A stretch of DNA of 64,000 bases from Auanema rhodensis (GCA_964057225.1 OZ059897.1:11780001-11844000), one strand, 5' to 3'. Counted from the first letter of the stretch, positions 1 through 13,732 are shown. Translations and numbers: made by a program. The notes: a model not told the origin generated them from the sequence alone.

Positions 1-482
1 AAAACTAGAACCACATGAACATCCCTTTTCCGCTACAGGGTTATTAACTATTCGGAAAGAAGCTTTCATCAAATCTTCAGCATAATCCAAGGTTGCACCT
101 TTTACATATCCTAGGGAAAGCTGTAAAAGTTTATTATGAACAAAAAAAAGTTATAATTAACCTCATCAATTACGACCTCCACTTGATCATCCTTCCAAAG
201 ATGATCATCGTCATTGATCTTACGATCCACCTTTATTTTGTATTCAAATCCAGAACAACCTCCACCATCAACTTCTACACGTAGTCGTTCTCCTGACTCA
301 AGACAATCCTAAACACCGAGATTGTTCTCCATGTTTATAAATTTTCAAACTTTTAATTGGATTTTCGCCCTCTGTGATACCATAAAATCGCTGGCGGATA
401 AAACTCTAGTGGTGGCAGAAGAACAGAAACTCGTTGACGGAATATGTACAAGCGCTCGAGTTAAGAAAAGACGTGAAAACAT
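1..482 (-). CDS. ISCA2: Iron-sulfur cluster assembly protein A-type (ISCA2/HesB), 3' end runs off the window
   Basis: Spliced minus-strand translation: [13 protein letters not shown] (mitochondrial leader-like), then [16 protein letters not shown] and GCSCGSSF, the conserved HesB/IscA cysteine motifs. Confidence 0.9.
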
Positions 483-891
483 CTTGAACCAATTGTAGAA
501 CAATTTATTTAGAAATTAAATACATTAATAGGCTTAAACCGTTAGATTTAGTTACTTTTAGACTCTGTAAAAGCCTTTATTAACATCTTATTTACACTCT
601 TAGCGAATTATGAAAGTAGCTGATTAAAGCCTATGACAAGAGATGGGGGCAATGTTGCACATTTTGTTTATTGCAGAAATGAAAAGATGAAACTGAATAA
701 TGAGTATATGAGTATACGAGTAAAAATATATGAAATTTGTAAAGCAAGTCCTGTATTAATTGAATCCTATAAGTTGGGGTAAATCAATGCATAAATGAAG
801 AAAAAAAAAAGTTAATTGTTATGAGAAATAAAGAATATACATAGCAGATGCAGGGAAGTAGAATAGATATTAATTATTTATACGAATTTTA

Positions 892-1854
892 TTACCTACG
901 AACAGGTGCGGAAGGACTGGGTTGGTTGACACGACGACGCTGCCGTTCAAATCGTCTTAAAATCAGTATAAGAACTATTGTTAGTACTTGACACTTACCT
1001 CTCCATTTCATCCAATAACCTTGGGGTATAACGAACAACCAACTTAACAGTACCTTGAGCAGACTTTAATAAATCAACAGCCTTCTCATGGCATTCTGTC
1101 TCAACGTTCTAAAAAGTTGTTTAAAATATATAACGAATATTAAACGAATATACCACTCCATTCACAGCAATAAGTTGATCTCCACGCTTTAAACCACCGT
1201 GTCTATCAGCAACACCTCCTGGTATAATTCTAAAGCTTTATCTTGAGATAGAGAAAACAGTAGAATATAAGTGAAAAAGAGAATAATGCACAAAAAATAT
1301 ATGATAAAAACTTAAATAATTTCATATATAAATGAACACGAATTGCAAAAAATATATAAATTTGCAAAAATAACGAAAGAGCGTTAGAAAAACATCGTAC
1401 CTTGATATATATATGGGAGAATTTTGCTCCTTCCCACCCATAACGTTAAAACCTAGTCCTTGATCCGTTTTCGGTAGTTCAACAACACGAGGATGAGCAT
1501 GCCCTTCAGCTGCGGCAAAAGCAGCAACTGTAGCTTTAGCTGTAGCAGATGCTCTAACCTATAATTTCAAGATTAGAAGTATATAGAAAAAAAATAAAAC
1601 CTCTGGAGATCCTTCTATATCTACTGTTTCATAAACACTCTCATAAACTTCACGAACGGTGTTAAAAAATTCGGATTGTAGTATTTTTTGTAGAGTAAGA
1701 AGTTTTGGAGACGAAACTTCTCCCGTTTTTTTGACGTGCTCAATTAACTCAAGAATTCGATGTATATCTGCAATATTAGCTTTAGATAATTACAAAAACC
1801 TGTTGAATTAATACCTCTTTCGAGATTAGGTTTCTCTTGAACAGGACGCTCCAT
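892..1854 (-). CDS. lin-7: LIN-7/Veli/MALS (L27 + PDZ)
   Basis: [21 protein letters not shown]...[68 protein letters not shown]...; ends PVRR-TAA. Confidence 0.97.
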
Positions 1855-2003
1855 GATTATATTAAATCTAAAAAATAAATACAATAATAACACATTTGAA
1901 ATTAATTAAAAAGTAATAAATAACGAAAAACGTCAAGTTTAACAAATAAAGATAAACATACTTTTAAACATTTACTATAAAAAAAATAACAAAAACAAAC
2001 TAT

Positions 2004-2473
2004 TCATATCTCAGCCTTTAACTCAAAAGTTTTGGACATAGGAAACGGAACAACATTAAAAGTTAACTTCCTAATATCAAAATCTTTTTTGTACTCATAT
2101 ATTGACATCTCCGGTATTGCCATATCAGGGTTGATGGTCTCTCTAGTTATTCTCACAACTCCGTCGCAAGTGGATTTTAATAGCTTCTCACCTCTATCAT
2201 TTTCATACACAACCTAGGAAAATAATAATAGTGGAAAACTCATCCAAAGCGCATACATTTAATCCTGGATGATAATTAAATGATCCTTGGCAAACCAATA
2301 ATTCATCTTTCCTCACAATATCACCCTCAGTTCTGTTTATTAACAATATACAAATATGTTTAAATGATAACAAACCTGTAAATTCCTCTATAAGGAATAT
2401 TCCTAGGTGGACGTAATAAATTTCTAACTTGTGTTATATTAGTAGGTTGCCGTAAAAAATTTAAGATATTCAT
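2004..2473 (-). CDS. MRPL27: Mitochondrial ribosomal protein L27 (bL27m)
   Basis: 3 exons: MNILNFLRQPTNITQVRN...EGDIVRKDELLVCQGSFNYHPGLNV...STCDGVVRITRE; resembles the bL27 GxxVxxGxILVRQxxxxxHPGxNV pattern. Confidence 0.8.
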
Positions 2474-2961
2474 CCTATAAATGACAAATAATTAAACTAA
2501 TAATTTCTCAAAAAGCTTGAAAAATATTATTTGCATGCTACATATCAATCATAAGCTGTAAAATTTGAGCGCCCTAAAGCTGCTCCAACGACAAAAAATG
2601 ACCCGTTCAATAATATTGAGCACCGTAGCCTACATATCATACCCATCTAAGCTTTCGAATTTTTGTGATCAAAACTATTTACATTTATTTATAAATTGCC
2701 TGTCGTATTGTATTTTGTTGCTAATCTTATCTATTAGTTTTAAAGGACAAGAGGAGAATGTTGCTCTGTTTCACGCTTTCGTCATTTTTCGAAAAAAAAC
2801 CGTTCTAGTATGTCGTTTTTTAGATGCATTTTCTTTACGTATCAAAACTAGTATTGAGTGGTTCTCCGTATTAACGCTCTTTGTTCGATTCTTTTTCTAT
2901 TGATTTTTGTAATAAACTACTTATTTTCGATTTTCTAGCTTAATTTCGTCTATTTCGTAAA

Positions 2962-3260
2962 ATGGGAAAGCGAAAGTCGAAGAGAAAGCCGCCGCCAAAA
3001 TCTAGAGCTGTAGAGCCCTTGGAAACTCAATTCAATTGCCCTTTTTGTAATCATGAACGAGTATGCGAAGTAAAAATGTAAGATTCTATAGGAAAATTAT
3101 AATTCTAAGTAATAATATGTTCAGGGATCGAGAAAAGAACGTAGGCAAAATTTTTTGCCGTGTTTGCTCTGAGGACTTTCAAACTAATATTAACTATTTG
3201 TCAGAGCCAATTGATGTATACTCTGATTGGATTGACGCATGCGAGCAAGCAAATGCCTAA
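2962..3260 (+). CDS. ELOF1: Transcription elongation factor 1 homolog (Elf1 zinc ribbon)
   Basis: [13 protein letters not shown]...FNCPFCNHE...[10 protein letters not shown]...[17 protein letters not shown]; 2 exons. Confidence 0.97.
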
Positions 3261-3547
3261 TTTGCTTTTTGTACGTTCTTCGTATCTTTATGTTTATAAA
3301 TTGATCTCGTTTACTCACATCTCGTCGATAAAGACGATTAATATTTAATTGTTTTCCTGTATACTTTGTTGCAAGTTTGTAAATATGTCATATGCTCACT
3401 CTAATGAATACGTACCGTTTGACTGTTTATTTTGAAGTGGCCTAATAAATATGTTCAACTATAAATTGTGGCTAAATCTCTCAAAGACTAGGTAATAATG
3501 GTATGGCAAGTAAAATAAGACTATTAAAAAAGATCACGAATAAATGC

Positions 3548-6500
3548 TTAAGATTCAAGCAAAACACAAACTTCTAACAAACATCCAATTGACCAAGCTT
3601 GTGTAGGACAACTATCATGACATTCTTCTCCATCTTTTTGAGTTAGTTCAGGAATGGAAGACCATGGTGAATTCTATATATACATCATTAAGTTATTGAA
3701 CTATTGAATTAATAAATATACCTGGATATGACGGTAATAAGCTCCTAATTTCTTTTGAACTTCAGAGCGTGCTTCATTTAGATATTCTCCTCCCAGCATT
3801 TTTCCTACTGTCAATCTTGCACGCAAATACATTGCTGCTACCCAAACCCATTCCTTTAAATCAAACAATAAGTAATAACAACATGTAAATAATAAAATTA
3901 CAGGTCCTTGATGATAATTCCATCCTTTAGCCGTTTGTTTGTTGGTACTATCATCGGAATTATGATAGAAGCCATTGTACTCCCAGTCACTAAATATGTT
4001 GTCAGTTATATAGAAAAAAACAATAAAATACCTAGGATCCAATGTTTTGAAACCTATTGGGCCTGACAAGTGTTTTCTTGCAGTGTTCAGAGCTTTCCAA
4101 GCCAAATGTAAATCAAGAATTGAGGGACACTACAGTGGTAAAATTTTAGACTAAATTTTAACTCATGGCACTTACAACAGCAATAGCGATAGGGAAGTTA
4201 CATCTTAATTGAAAGTCTGCATATCTAGCAGCAGATCCAAATGTATCTTTAATTATTTCCTTTTTATTGCATAATTCATCAGAGCAATCTTCTGATACAT
4301 AAAATTTGGAAGCAAAGTTTTGCTGAATACGCAACAGCCAATCATTCCAAGACCAATTATCATTTTCTATATTAATGTAATATACTAAATGATAAGACGG
4401 ATATCTTACGGTAAACAACTCCTTTGTACTCAATAAGGTTTTTCTCTGACCATGTTTTCAATTTTTCTAAGACAGCAGCAGCTAAACCTTGAATTTCAAC
4501 AGCAGCTCCATCACGAGGTGTTGCTGGTAGTCCCTTATTACCGGCCTCAAAAAGAATAATATGCTTTCTTTTCATATAATAATATACTTTAGCACTGCTT
4601 CCCATTTTGTCCATCCATGTTCCGCAATTTAGCCGATTTCCTCCATGTATAAAACCGGTATTTTTATCTACCCACACATTAATATTGAATCCTTGAAGTC
4701 ATATACAAACATGATAATTCCATAAAACTTTAACTACCTTCATCTTGCATTTGTTCATCAATAGAATGTCCTGCATTTCTCTCACGGTAACTTATGCCCG
4801 AAAAGTGGCGTTGAAGAGCTTCATACATAGTATTGATTAGAGGTTCTTCCTAAATAGAAGTTTTTTTTTTCCAATTACTATAAAGTCTTTACTTTGCTTT
4901 CTTTACCAAACTGTGTATCATCATGTGGATAAATTCTTAAAACAGTATCTTGAAGAATGGAAAGACCGTTCGGAACTATATCAATATATTTTGTAATAGA
5001 ATAGAGCCAGAACCATACAGCATCTCTACAGTTGTAACGGGAGCCTAGAATTTTTTTGTTCAAGTTACAAGGTATTTTAAAACCTTTTCCTTCTGCAAGA
5101 AGATTAGGGATTAATCCATGTCTTAAACATCCAGCGAAAGATAAAATAATTTTTCTAAAAAATGGATAAAAGCTGAGTTTTTATTATTTAAGAAATACCG
5201 TGCATCATCATAGCGTCCTGTACTTAATAAACAACCTGGAAGGGCAATAAAAGTATCTCTACCCCAATTTCGCCATATTCCTGCAGCAAAATGAGGAAGA
5301 CCAGCAGCTAATGAAGAAGCATTATCACCAAATTTAGATGGCAATGGTGCTAAGGTAGCATCTTTCACATAACCAATAAAGGAAACTGAGCTCAGCATGA
5401 GCATTTTGATCAAAGTCGAATTTGGGCTAAATATATACTTTTGTTGACGAGTAGAAGAATATATCGAACCAATTGAGTTTCTGGAGAAGTACGGTACGGA
5501 CAATATTATATACATGTGTAAGAAGACTTTCGAAGTAACTTGGTCGTAGGTAATACGGTATTACTTGAAGGGGTTTGAATATATTTTCCAATAAACAAGC
5601 AATCTGAAACAAAAAACACACCTATTTTTACTAATAAATTAACTACTTCTGGCAATCCCTCATATTTGTTTAGTCGATTAACGATGAAATCAGCGAGCCA
5701 GAGCCCTTCTCTTAAATTAGAACACAATGGATGACCCAAATCATTATTTTCTCTAATTTTTTTGAAAACTGTCACAATTCCTGTAAAAATATGTTATACG
5801 AGCATTTTCTATGAGATTTGCCTTGCAATCCTCCGAAAACAAATTTTCCAAAGTTGGGTACGTCATATGATTCAATTCCAATGTTAACTCGATCTTCTTC
5901 AGAACAGCAAAAAAGAATGCGGTTGAAATTTAATAAACTTGTTCTCTCCAAAGAATTTTTAAACTCTGAATTAGCAATATTATAATAATAAAAGATTGTT
6001 ACAACTATATACCGCTATCTACAGATCCTTGCAAAACATTTCGAATTTCCTTAATAGCAGAAAGTTGATTATCATCAAGACGAATCCTAGAGAATTGAAA
6101 TTAAATAATCTCCATGAAATTTATTTCTACTTTAATCCAACTACAGATCCACTTGGGAAGTTGACAAGTTCTAGATAATTACCGTGCTGACGAACCATAC
6201 AAGCTTGATCAATTGAAATATGTTCTCGGATTTCAGTCTGATAATCAGATAAGCCAACAATATATTCATCCGAGCCTTTAAAACTTTAAATAAAACATAT
6301 TATAAGTAATTGCTGAACCATTTGAAGATTTTGACTTATTTTCCATCACCTTCATTTCGAACAAAATTTCTTCCAAAACTCCTAAATTTTGTTGTGAGAT
6401 TTAAAAACTGATATTCTCCTACCACCAATCGGAATATGCTTTAAATGAACATCATTTTTAAAAGCATGTTTATCGAATAGTGTATGGCTTATAACAATAA

Positions 6501-9500
6501 CTGTTGAATGATCGACAGGATTGTGTCGTGTAATAGCAACAACCTCGGGATTCATTTGGTCAACAAATGTCTAAACTTATCGAATTTTCCTATATATATA
6601 TATATATATTGAGAAAATGAAATCTATACCTGAGAATAATTGTTTTTTGATAAAGAAACATGTAGATCGTTTAAAATTCTTCTAGCTTTGACGATTCCTA
6701 CTGTATCAAGGATATTCTTATCATATATAGAATACTTTCTAGTTTCATGAACAACATTTATCTAAATAAAAAAAATTACAATATTTCAAAAATAGCAAGC
6801 TTACTGCATAAGGAACGAGTTCGTCATAACCTCTTGTTGATCCGGAAGCACATGTTGCCATTGATACCATTGCAGCAGTTGGAAGAACATCATATACTGA
6901 TCTCACCTATTAAGCAACAAACGTATTTGATCACACCTATCTATTTACCTGTATGGGACTTGGATTGTCGTGAGTTTGATCAAAGAATAATCCATTAGCT
7001 ACAACAGATGGAGCTAACCGCACTGATTTTTGAATCATTGCACCAACACAATCTCCGGAATATCTGAAAGATGTATATATCAATGAGGTTTTCTTATTCT
7101 TTCATTTACCTGTAGACTAGACGTCCTTGTTCATGACTATCATGCGCAGATTCTGCCTCTGAAATAAATGGTTATGAGAAGTAAATAGGCTTACTAAACC
7201 TCTAATCAAAGATGTAATTCCAAGGCGATTTACAAACATATTATCCAAGTCTTCACTTCCCGTAAATAGTTCAGCGAAAACATATAAATCGGGTCTGACC
7301 ACGCGGCCAGCTTTCAGTAAATACTAAAAAACTATTGTTTCATTGAATTTTTCTCTGATAGAATTACCTCTGCAACGTGAATAGGAGTTCCATGAGCATT
7401 ATCTATACGAACACCATGAAAAATTCGAGCACATGCTTCTCTGAAACCACAAAAGATATATGGCACAATATTGAAATGCATACGTGTATTCTTTCATATA
7501 ATTCCATAAATATGGGCAATCTTCGGGTTTAAATCCATAATTCAACTTCACAGAATCTCCCCAGCAGACGAGTTGCCGGCGTAAATATACCTAATACAGT
7601 GGCTTTTAGTGAGAATAATTATCATTCGTTACCTGACTCGAAGGCAATGCAAAATTTTCTAAAACATTGCTAGACATAACCCATCCATTAAATGCCATTA
7701 AAAATTTGGCAGTATCAGAATTGAATGCCAATTTTTCATCATTTTCCCAAGATGTCTCCGGATATAAATGTAAAAAATAACTAAACATTATTATTACTTG
7801 ATTTAGGATCTGATAACCAACTCTGTAGTTAAAGGAGCGTCATCACATACTTTTCCTTTTCTAGGACCATGATCTGCACATCGCTCATAAGTAATATGGC
7901 CCATCACTGCGTTCAAGCCTTCAGATACAATGTTCCATCCTAACTGTTCAGCTAAAACAATTAGTTAATATATCTAAAGTATTAAAATAATAAATACCTT
8001 CTTCATTTAATCTATATAAACAATTTCTGAACTCTGAAGCACACTTCTCAATTCTTTCATTTTCCGAAGAACAATCATCCCTATAAAAAATTAGAAACAT
8101 ATTAAAAGCTATACAAAAAACCTCTGCTTATTATATGCGAGTAATGCAGCTTCCCAATCTATTGTGCAACCAAACCTGGCCCAGTTTGGATCCTGAATTC
8201 GAGCAACAACAGGATGATCTTGGCTGATAATTGGCCCACCTAAAATATTTAACTAGTTCTTTTTAAATATATTAGACTAACTAGAGCATTTCTTTTTGAA
8301 AATATCAACATGAGTATCAACGTTGATTTTGAAAAACTCATGTATGCGAAGTTTAGGTAAAACTTCAGAGCGCAAGACATATTCCAAAGCCTGCAAAAGC
8401 GAAACTTATGGTACCACAAAAAAATATTAAAACTAAACCTGAATATGGTTATGATTGTCAATAACAATTGGAATTCCTCTGTGTTCCCACTTGCCCTCGG
8501 AAACTTCTTTACTAAAGTAATGATAAGCTCTAAATATAAATATTAATAGCATGAACCAATAGTTAATAAACCTATCAACAACGTATGCTGGGCGCATGTG
8601 AGGGCTATTTTCACAGTTGTACGAACATTCTGGATGTTTCTATACTTACCAATGAGTGAATAATCAAAACGAATTTAATTGAACCTGTAGCCATTCAGCA
8701 TTCTTCGCAGCATGATTCCAAACAACGTCTTGAACAGTGAGTAAACCATATTGCTGCTCTAATTTTTTTACAGTGGCATTAACATCTTCTAGAGTATATT
8801 GTTTTCCATTCTTAATATACAACTTATTAATATATTGAGATTGTATTATGTTACGGAATGTATAGTTTGAATTAATTGATGATGATCAGCAATTGAGTAA
8901 CTACTGTTTGAGATACCCAATTTTTGTATTGGTGTAAGATGGATCATGTTATAGCCCGATTCAGCAGCAAAACTTAAACGCTGCTCCCATTCTGGCAGTT
9001 CGCCTAAATTATCTGTTTAATCAATGATTGTAATTTACATGCTACCTAAGAGTTTCGTTAGGTAAGTTTGACATACTACTCCTCCAATAGGCAAAGGATT
9101 CTTATTGATACTTAATGAAGGCATAACTAAGAAATAGCCATTTCCTTTAACATCCTTCCTTAAAATATATTTTGTGTCCGTGATACTTCTCAATAAATCA
9201 TATATCAAACTACTCACTCCTCATTAAGCTCAAAGAAGTACTCAAATGAACCAGCAGACTGGCAAACAACATCGATATAATTACTGGTTTGATCCAACCC
9301 TCCAATCCATTTCAAAGGTTCATTGCCTAACAGTATTAGATACTACATTGATCTTAACAGGAAAATTACCAGTCAAGCTAGTCCGCAAAGTCACTCTTGA
9401 ACCAAGCAAAGAAGATCCACAAACAAATCTCACAACCCATCCTATACATAAGTTAGTGATACCTTTGCTTAAAGTTACTCAAAATGAAGCCAACCTTTTT

Positions 9501-9567
9501 CATATCGTTTAACAACTTTATCAAAACAACCAATTTCCAAGACAATTACGCGCACTTCGTTAGCCAT
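3548..9567 (-). CDS. agl-1: Glycogen debranching enzyme (AGL)
   Basis: Motifs [105 protein letters not shown]; many short introns. Confidence 0.97.
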
Positions 9568-10030
9568 GATTAGAACGTCAAGATGAGGCAAGTATTTCAG
9601 AATAGGAAGCTTGAGGAGTATATCAGCCGTTTCTTATATTCGTTTCATATATCTAATAGATTGTCAATGTTTAAAGCATGTGGCCCAGTGTGTACGTGAT
9701 TTTCACAAACTCCCTTCTTGATCGCATTCTCTATCCTTGTCTTGTCCAAAGAACACAAGCTAAATGTTTTTATCGAGGTCTTACCACGATTTCTTTCAGA
9801 CCTTTATTATATGATTCAATCTTAATATTTTTAAAGTTATAATTTTTTCTAAAATTTAAGTATTTGATATATGCTAATAATCTTTTGAAAAATATAATTC
9901 GGCTGAGGACTTGAATATTTCAGTTCAGTAATAAATGAAAATGATCATCCATTAAAAATTAGTGGTTAAATTCTATATATTTTACAGATAACTCAAACAT
10001 ATTTAGACCTAGTTAAGGACATAACATCTA

Positions 10031-11228
10031 ATGGCAAACGCTAATATGTATGATTTTTTAAAGTTTTTTTAAAGTAAATATAAATGTTTTAGTTTGAGTT
10101 CCGCCCCAGAAGTTGGAAGTTGGGCTGAGGAAGTTCAGCAGAACAGTACGCTTTTGTGTTTTTTTGACTTTACTTTATTTTTGCTTTATTTAGCTCAATC
10201 CCAAGTTGATAAAGATGGTATAAGAACTGTCGTAGATTATGTTGTTGAAGATGAAACCCGTTACAAAGTAAGTGTTTTTTGGTCATTATGTTTGAATATT
10301 ATAACAATTGACAGATCGTAACTAAATTCCAAATTATCCACAAGAAAGTACCTAAAGTTGTAGCTGATAGAAAGAAATGGAAGAAGTTTGGGGAAAGCGA
10401 AGGAGATGCTCCAGGACCACAGGTAGTACTCTTATAATAACTCTTATATTTGTTTTCTAAAGGTTGCTACAACTTATGTTGCTGAAGAAGTTGAAATGCA
10501 ATTCACAAGAAATCGTGCCGGAGAACAGATTTTGGATGTACAAGAAGACAAGCAGATTGTACTCATTAATAATTACTTAATAATTTATTAATTTCTGCGT
10601 TTAGATCAAGGCTACTAATAGAGAACATTGTCGCTATTGTAAGGGTAACGATCATTGGTCGACTAGCTGTCCTTACAAGGTTTTTTTACTTGTTGTGTAC
10701 ATCATATTGTACCTTTTCACTGTAGGAGATGTATAATATGGAAGATGAAAATGAACTTGTCGAAGATAAGACTGGATTCGGAGGTAGAAATATACTAAAT
10801 GGCCGCGGGGATCTTCGTGGAGGAAACATGGACCGACGATCTGACGAAAACACATGCCGTGTCACAAATATGCCTCAAGAATTAGAAGAAGCTGAATTGC
10901 GTGAGATGTTCTCCGCCATTGGACGTGTTGCTGTAAGTTGGCAATTCTCTGAATGTTTTATATTATGATGTTGCAGCGTGTGTTTATTGCTCGTGACAAA
11001 ATTACAAATCAGCCTAAGGGATTCGCTTTCGTTACATACGAACATCGTCATGTAAGTATCTTCATGTAGGCTTTAATGGAATTATTTATTTTAAAGGAGG
11101 CTGAACGAGCTATTGCTGAATTGAATGGAAAGCCTAAGTATCACATGATCCTCAAGGTTGAATGGACAAGGTCAGTGATTAAAATTTAATATATTAAATA
11201 GTAATTGTTCTTTAGGCCAAATAGTTAA
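10031..11228 (+). CDS. eif-3.G: Eukaryotic translation initiation factor 3 subunit G
   Basis: VADRKKWKKFGES, CRYCKGNDHWSTSCPYK zinc knuckle, RRM (TCRVTNMPQ...KGFAFVTY); 10 exons. Confidence 0.96.
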
Positions 11229-11425
11229 TACAGGCTTAGCCACACTCTTCTTTGGGAAATGGGGAGACCGTTCGATTTTTGTTGACGTTTTATTATTTTT
11301 TTTTCGTATGTAAAACCAATAAATTGTTACGAATTTTAGTAAACTGTGCTTTAATAGGTAGTTTACCTATATTTGTAATTTTTAAAAATTAAGTTGTTAT
11401 TATGTTTTTTCTTTTTTTGAGGAAT

Positions 11426-12112
11426 ATGGGTTTATTAACAATTTTGCGAAAACAAAGGGAAAAGGAAAGAGAAATGAGAGTTCTCGTGTTGGGGCTAGAC
11501 AATGCTGGTAAAACTACAATAGTCAAAAAGTTTTTGGGAGAAGATTTGTCTACTATTGAGCCAACTTTAGGTAGTTCATGCTAAATTTTCTTCAAGTTAA
11601 TTTTTTGTATCAGGCTTTAATATAAAAACTGTTGACTTTCGCGGATTCACATTGAATTTATGGGACGTTGGAGGGCAGAAAAGTTTAAGATCATATTGGA
11701 GAAATTATTTCGAACAAACAGATGCTCTCATATGGGTTGTGGATTCGGGAGACAGAGGTCAAATAGTATACATAACATCTATTTATTATCTTTTCCTTTC
11801 AGATAGACTTTTATCTTGTGCAGCAGAGTTAAAAAAGTTGTTGACCGAGGAACGACTTTTCGGCGCCTCTCTTATAGTCTTAGCTAATAAACAAGATCTT
11901 CCAAACGCTATACGTGTTGCGGATATTGCTAAAGTAAACTTTATAATTATAACCTTTTTGTATGTTTATTCTCTTAGTTACTGGATCTGGATTCTATTCA
12001 AACCCATCACTGGCAGATATATAGTTGTAGTGCTATGACGGGTCAAAATCTACTGGAAGGTATGACGTGGTTGTGTAATGATGTGGCTAGCAGAGTTTTC
12101 ACATTGGAATAA
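11426..12112 (+). CDS. evl-20: ADP-ribosylation factor-like protein 2 (ARL2)
   Basis: [57 protein letters not shown]; 4 exons. Confidence 0.96.
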
Positions 12113-12197
12113 TGTGCTCCAGTTAGTATTTTATTGTTTTATTCGTTTTCTATTCAATTTTTTTCGGGTTTTTTGAACAGCTTTTTCAACTGGTTCA

Positions 12198-12582
12198 TAT
12201 TAGGTGCGCGCAAAAGTTTCTGGCCACCCACATTGAAATTTGAATAAATATTTAAAAATTAAAAATTAGCATAAACCAAATTTAAAATTATATTTAAAAG
12301 TGTTTTAATTTTAAATTACGTGAAAATTTTTCTTATTTCTACTTTAAATTTTGGTTTTGCTCTCGTTTTTTAAAATGGCTTTTGAAAAAGAACACATCCG
12401 TAATTGTCTTGTCTTTCTACCAAGGTTTAAATACTTTGAAAGCTTATGAAATTCTTCAATCCACTTATGGTGAAGATATACTTTCTTATAGTACCTATAA
12501 ATCATGGTACGTCAGATTTAAATCTACCAACTTGGATCTGGAAGACCGTCCAAGATCTGGAATTCCGCATCCGATCTCATAA
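12198..12582 (+). mobile_element. Truncated Tc1/mariner element (left TIR plus frameshifted transposase N-terminal HTH)
   Basis: TA followed by TTAGGTGCGCGCAAAAGTTTCTGGCCAC (mariner-type TIR start); ATG 12375 MAFEKEHIRNCLVF then a frameshift to YQGLNTLKAYEILQSTYGEDILSYSTYKSWYVRFKSTNLDLEDRPRSG (mariner HTH); no DDD domain or right TIR seen. Confidence 0.85.
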
Positions 12583-12928
12583 CATTTTTTGTTAACCAGG
12601 ACCATTAGTATCCAAGAATTCTGTAACAGTTTTTTTTCAAGATTTGAAAGAACCTTTCTTTATTACAAAATAATTTGTCATTTTTTGTAGCAATGATTGT
12701 TGTTTTTCATATTCATATGGTTTTGTTTTATTGATCTCATTTTTTTTATTTATACCGTTTTAGTCTCGTATTAATTCTGTACTTTTATACTTGTTGTCCA
12801 ATGCCCTATTATGTGCATGCATATTTATACTAATAAACAGCAAATTGTATTTTATTATATTGACACGTTGCATCAATATACTCTCCTCCTGTTGAGATGT
12901 CTCCATATTCGCAATTATGCAAATCAAT

Positions 12929-13062
12929 GGTTATTCTGCGGGCCGCCGCGCAATGGCCTGCGACGCGGCTGCGATCAGCTGACTGACAATCCTCAGTCTT
13001 CTGAATGGCAACCAACAGCAACGTACTACTTCTGACTTGGGATACGTTTCAGAGTTATAACC
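12929..13062 (+). ncRNA. Candidate structured non-coding RNA (about 134 nt, closing stem plus three hairpins), family unknown
   Basis: Ends pair (GGTTATTCTG / CAGAGTTATAACC); hairpins GGCCGC..GCGGCT, TCAG-GACTGA/TCAGTC-CTGA, AACGTA/TACGTT; GC-rich island in AT-rich DNA; T5 at 13076-13080. Confidence 0.45.
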
Positions 13063-13722
13063 TGCTTAGATGTCGTTTTTAAACTTTCTTGGCCTGTATG
13101 GGTTCAACTGTGTTTCGTTTTCACTTCTTCGAAAATATTTCTTTGACTTCAACTAATTTGGTATTGTCCTCATTTTCATTGATCTTTTCTGTTGGCAGGC
13201 TGCTGGTCTTGTGACTGCTGGTGTTTTCAGAAAACATTCCTGTCATTCATGCTTATATTTCAGAAAATTCGCTTTATCTTGAATGACATTCACAGATTTT
13301 CTCATTGTATCCGAGTTTTTCATATTACTTAGCCCTATGAATCTTAAACTGGCTTTAAAAATATATTAGAGAAATTTGAGATATTCCTGATTTGATCTGA
13401 TGGGATTTCTTATAACATTAGTATATTGTGATCAAAATTATGTTCGTGAGTCTCACCATCATAAAGTTCCAATTCTATGACTGAATGCTTAACATTTTAT
13501 TAATTATACGGGTTTTTCTCTTTCCGTCTTGAATTAAAAGTGAAACACCATAAGTAGGCAGAAACAAAATGTTGCAACCATACTATAGACTGAGAAAATC
13601 AGTGAGAAAAGAAGGGATAGAAGTAGACGACTAGGATGCCAAGAGAAGAACGCGAGAGATAGAGAAAGAAACGAAAAGAAAGACGCAAACTAGAGAATCA
13701 TATGGTCTCTCTCAAACGTAAA

Positions 13723-13732
13723 ATCACGTGAT
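13723..13732. promoter_or_regulatory. Palindromic E-box ATCACGTGAT (CLEAR-like, TFEB/HLH-30-type site)
   Basis: Exact TCACGTGA core about 100 nt before the first TTTTCAG acceptor (13830) upstream of the NBR1-like gene. Confidence 0.5.

Noticed and set aside
6590-6608. (TA)n tracts here and near 21371-21391; short duplication near 59196-59220
   Set aside because: Ordinary intronic microsatellites or slippage.
12811-13035. Short ORFs on both strands over the GC-rich island
   Set aside because: No splice-linked gene model or recognisable motif; likely a by-product of local GC richness.
12929-13062. Hammerhead- or twister-like motifs on the minus strand (GAAAC..GTT, CTGAGGA, TAACTCTG..TCCCAAG)
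   Set aside because: Stems I and II do not abut the core as required, the twister P4/pseudoknots are absent, and G-U pairs favour the other strand.
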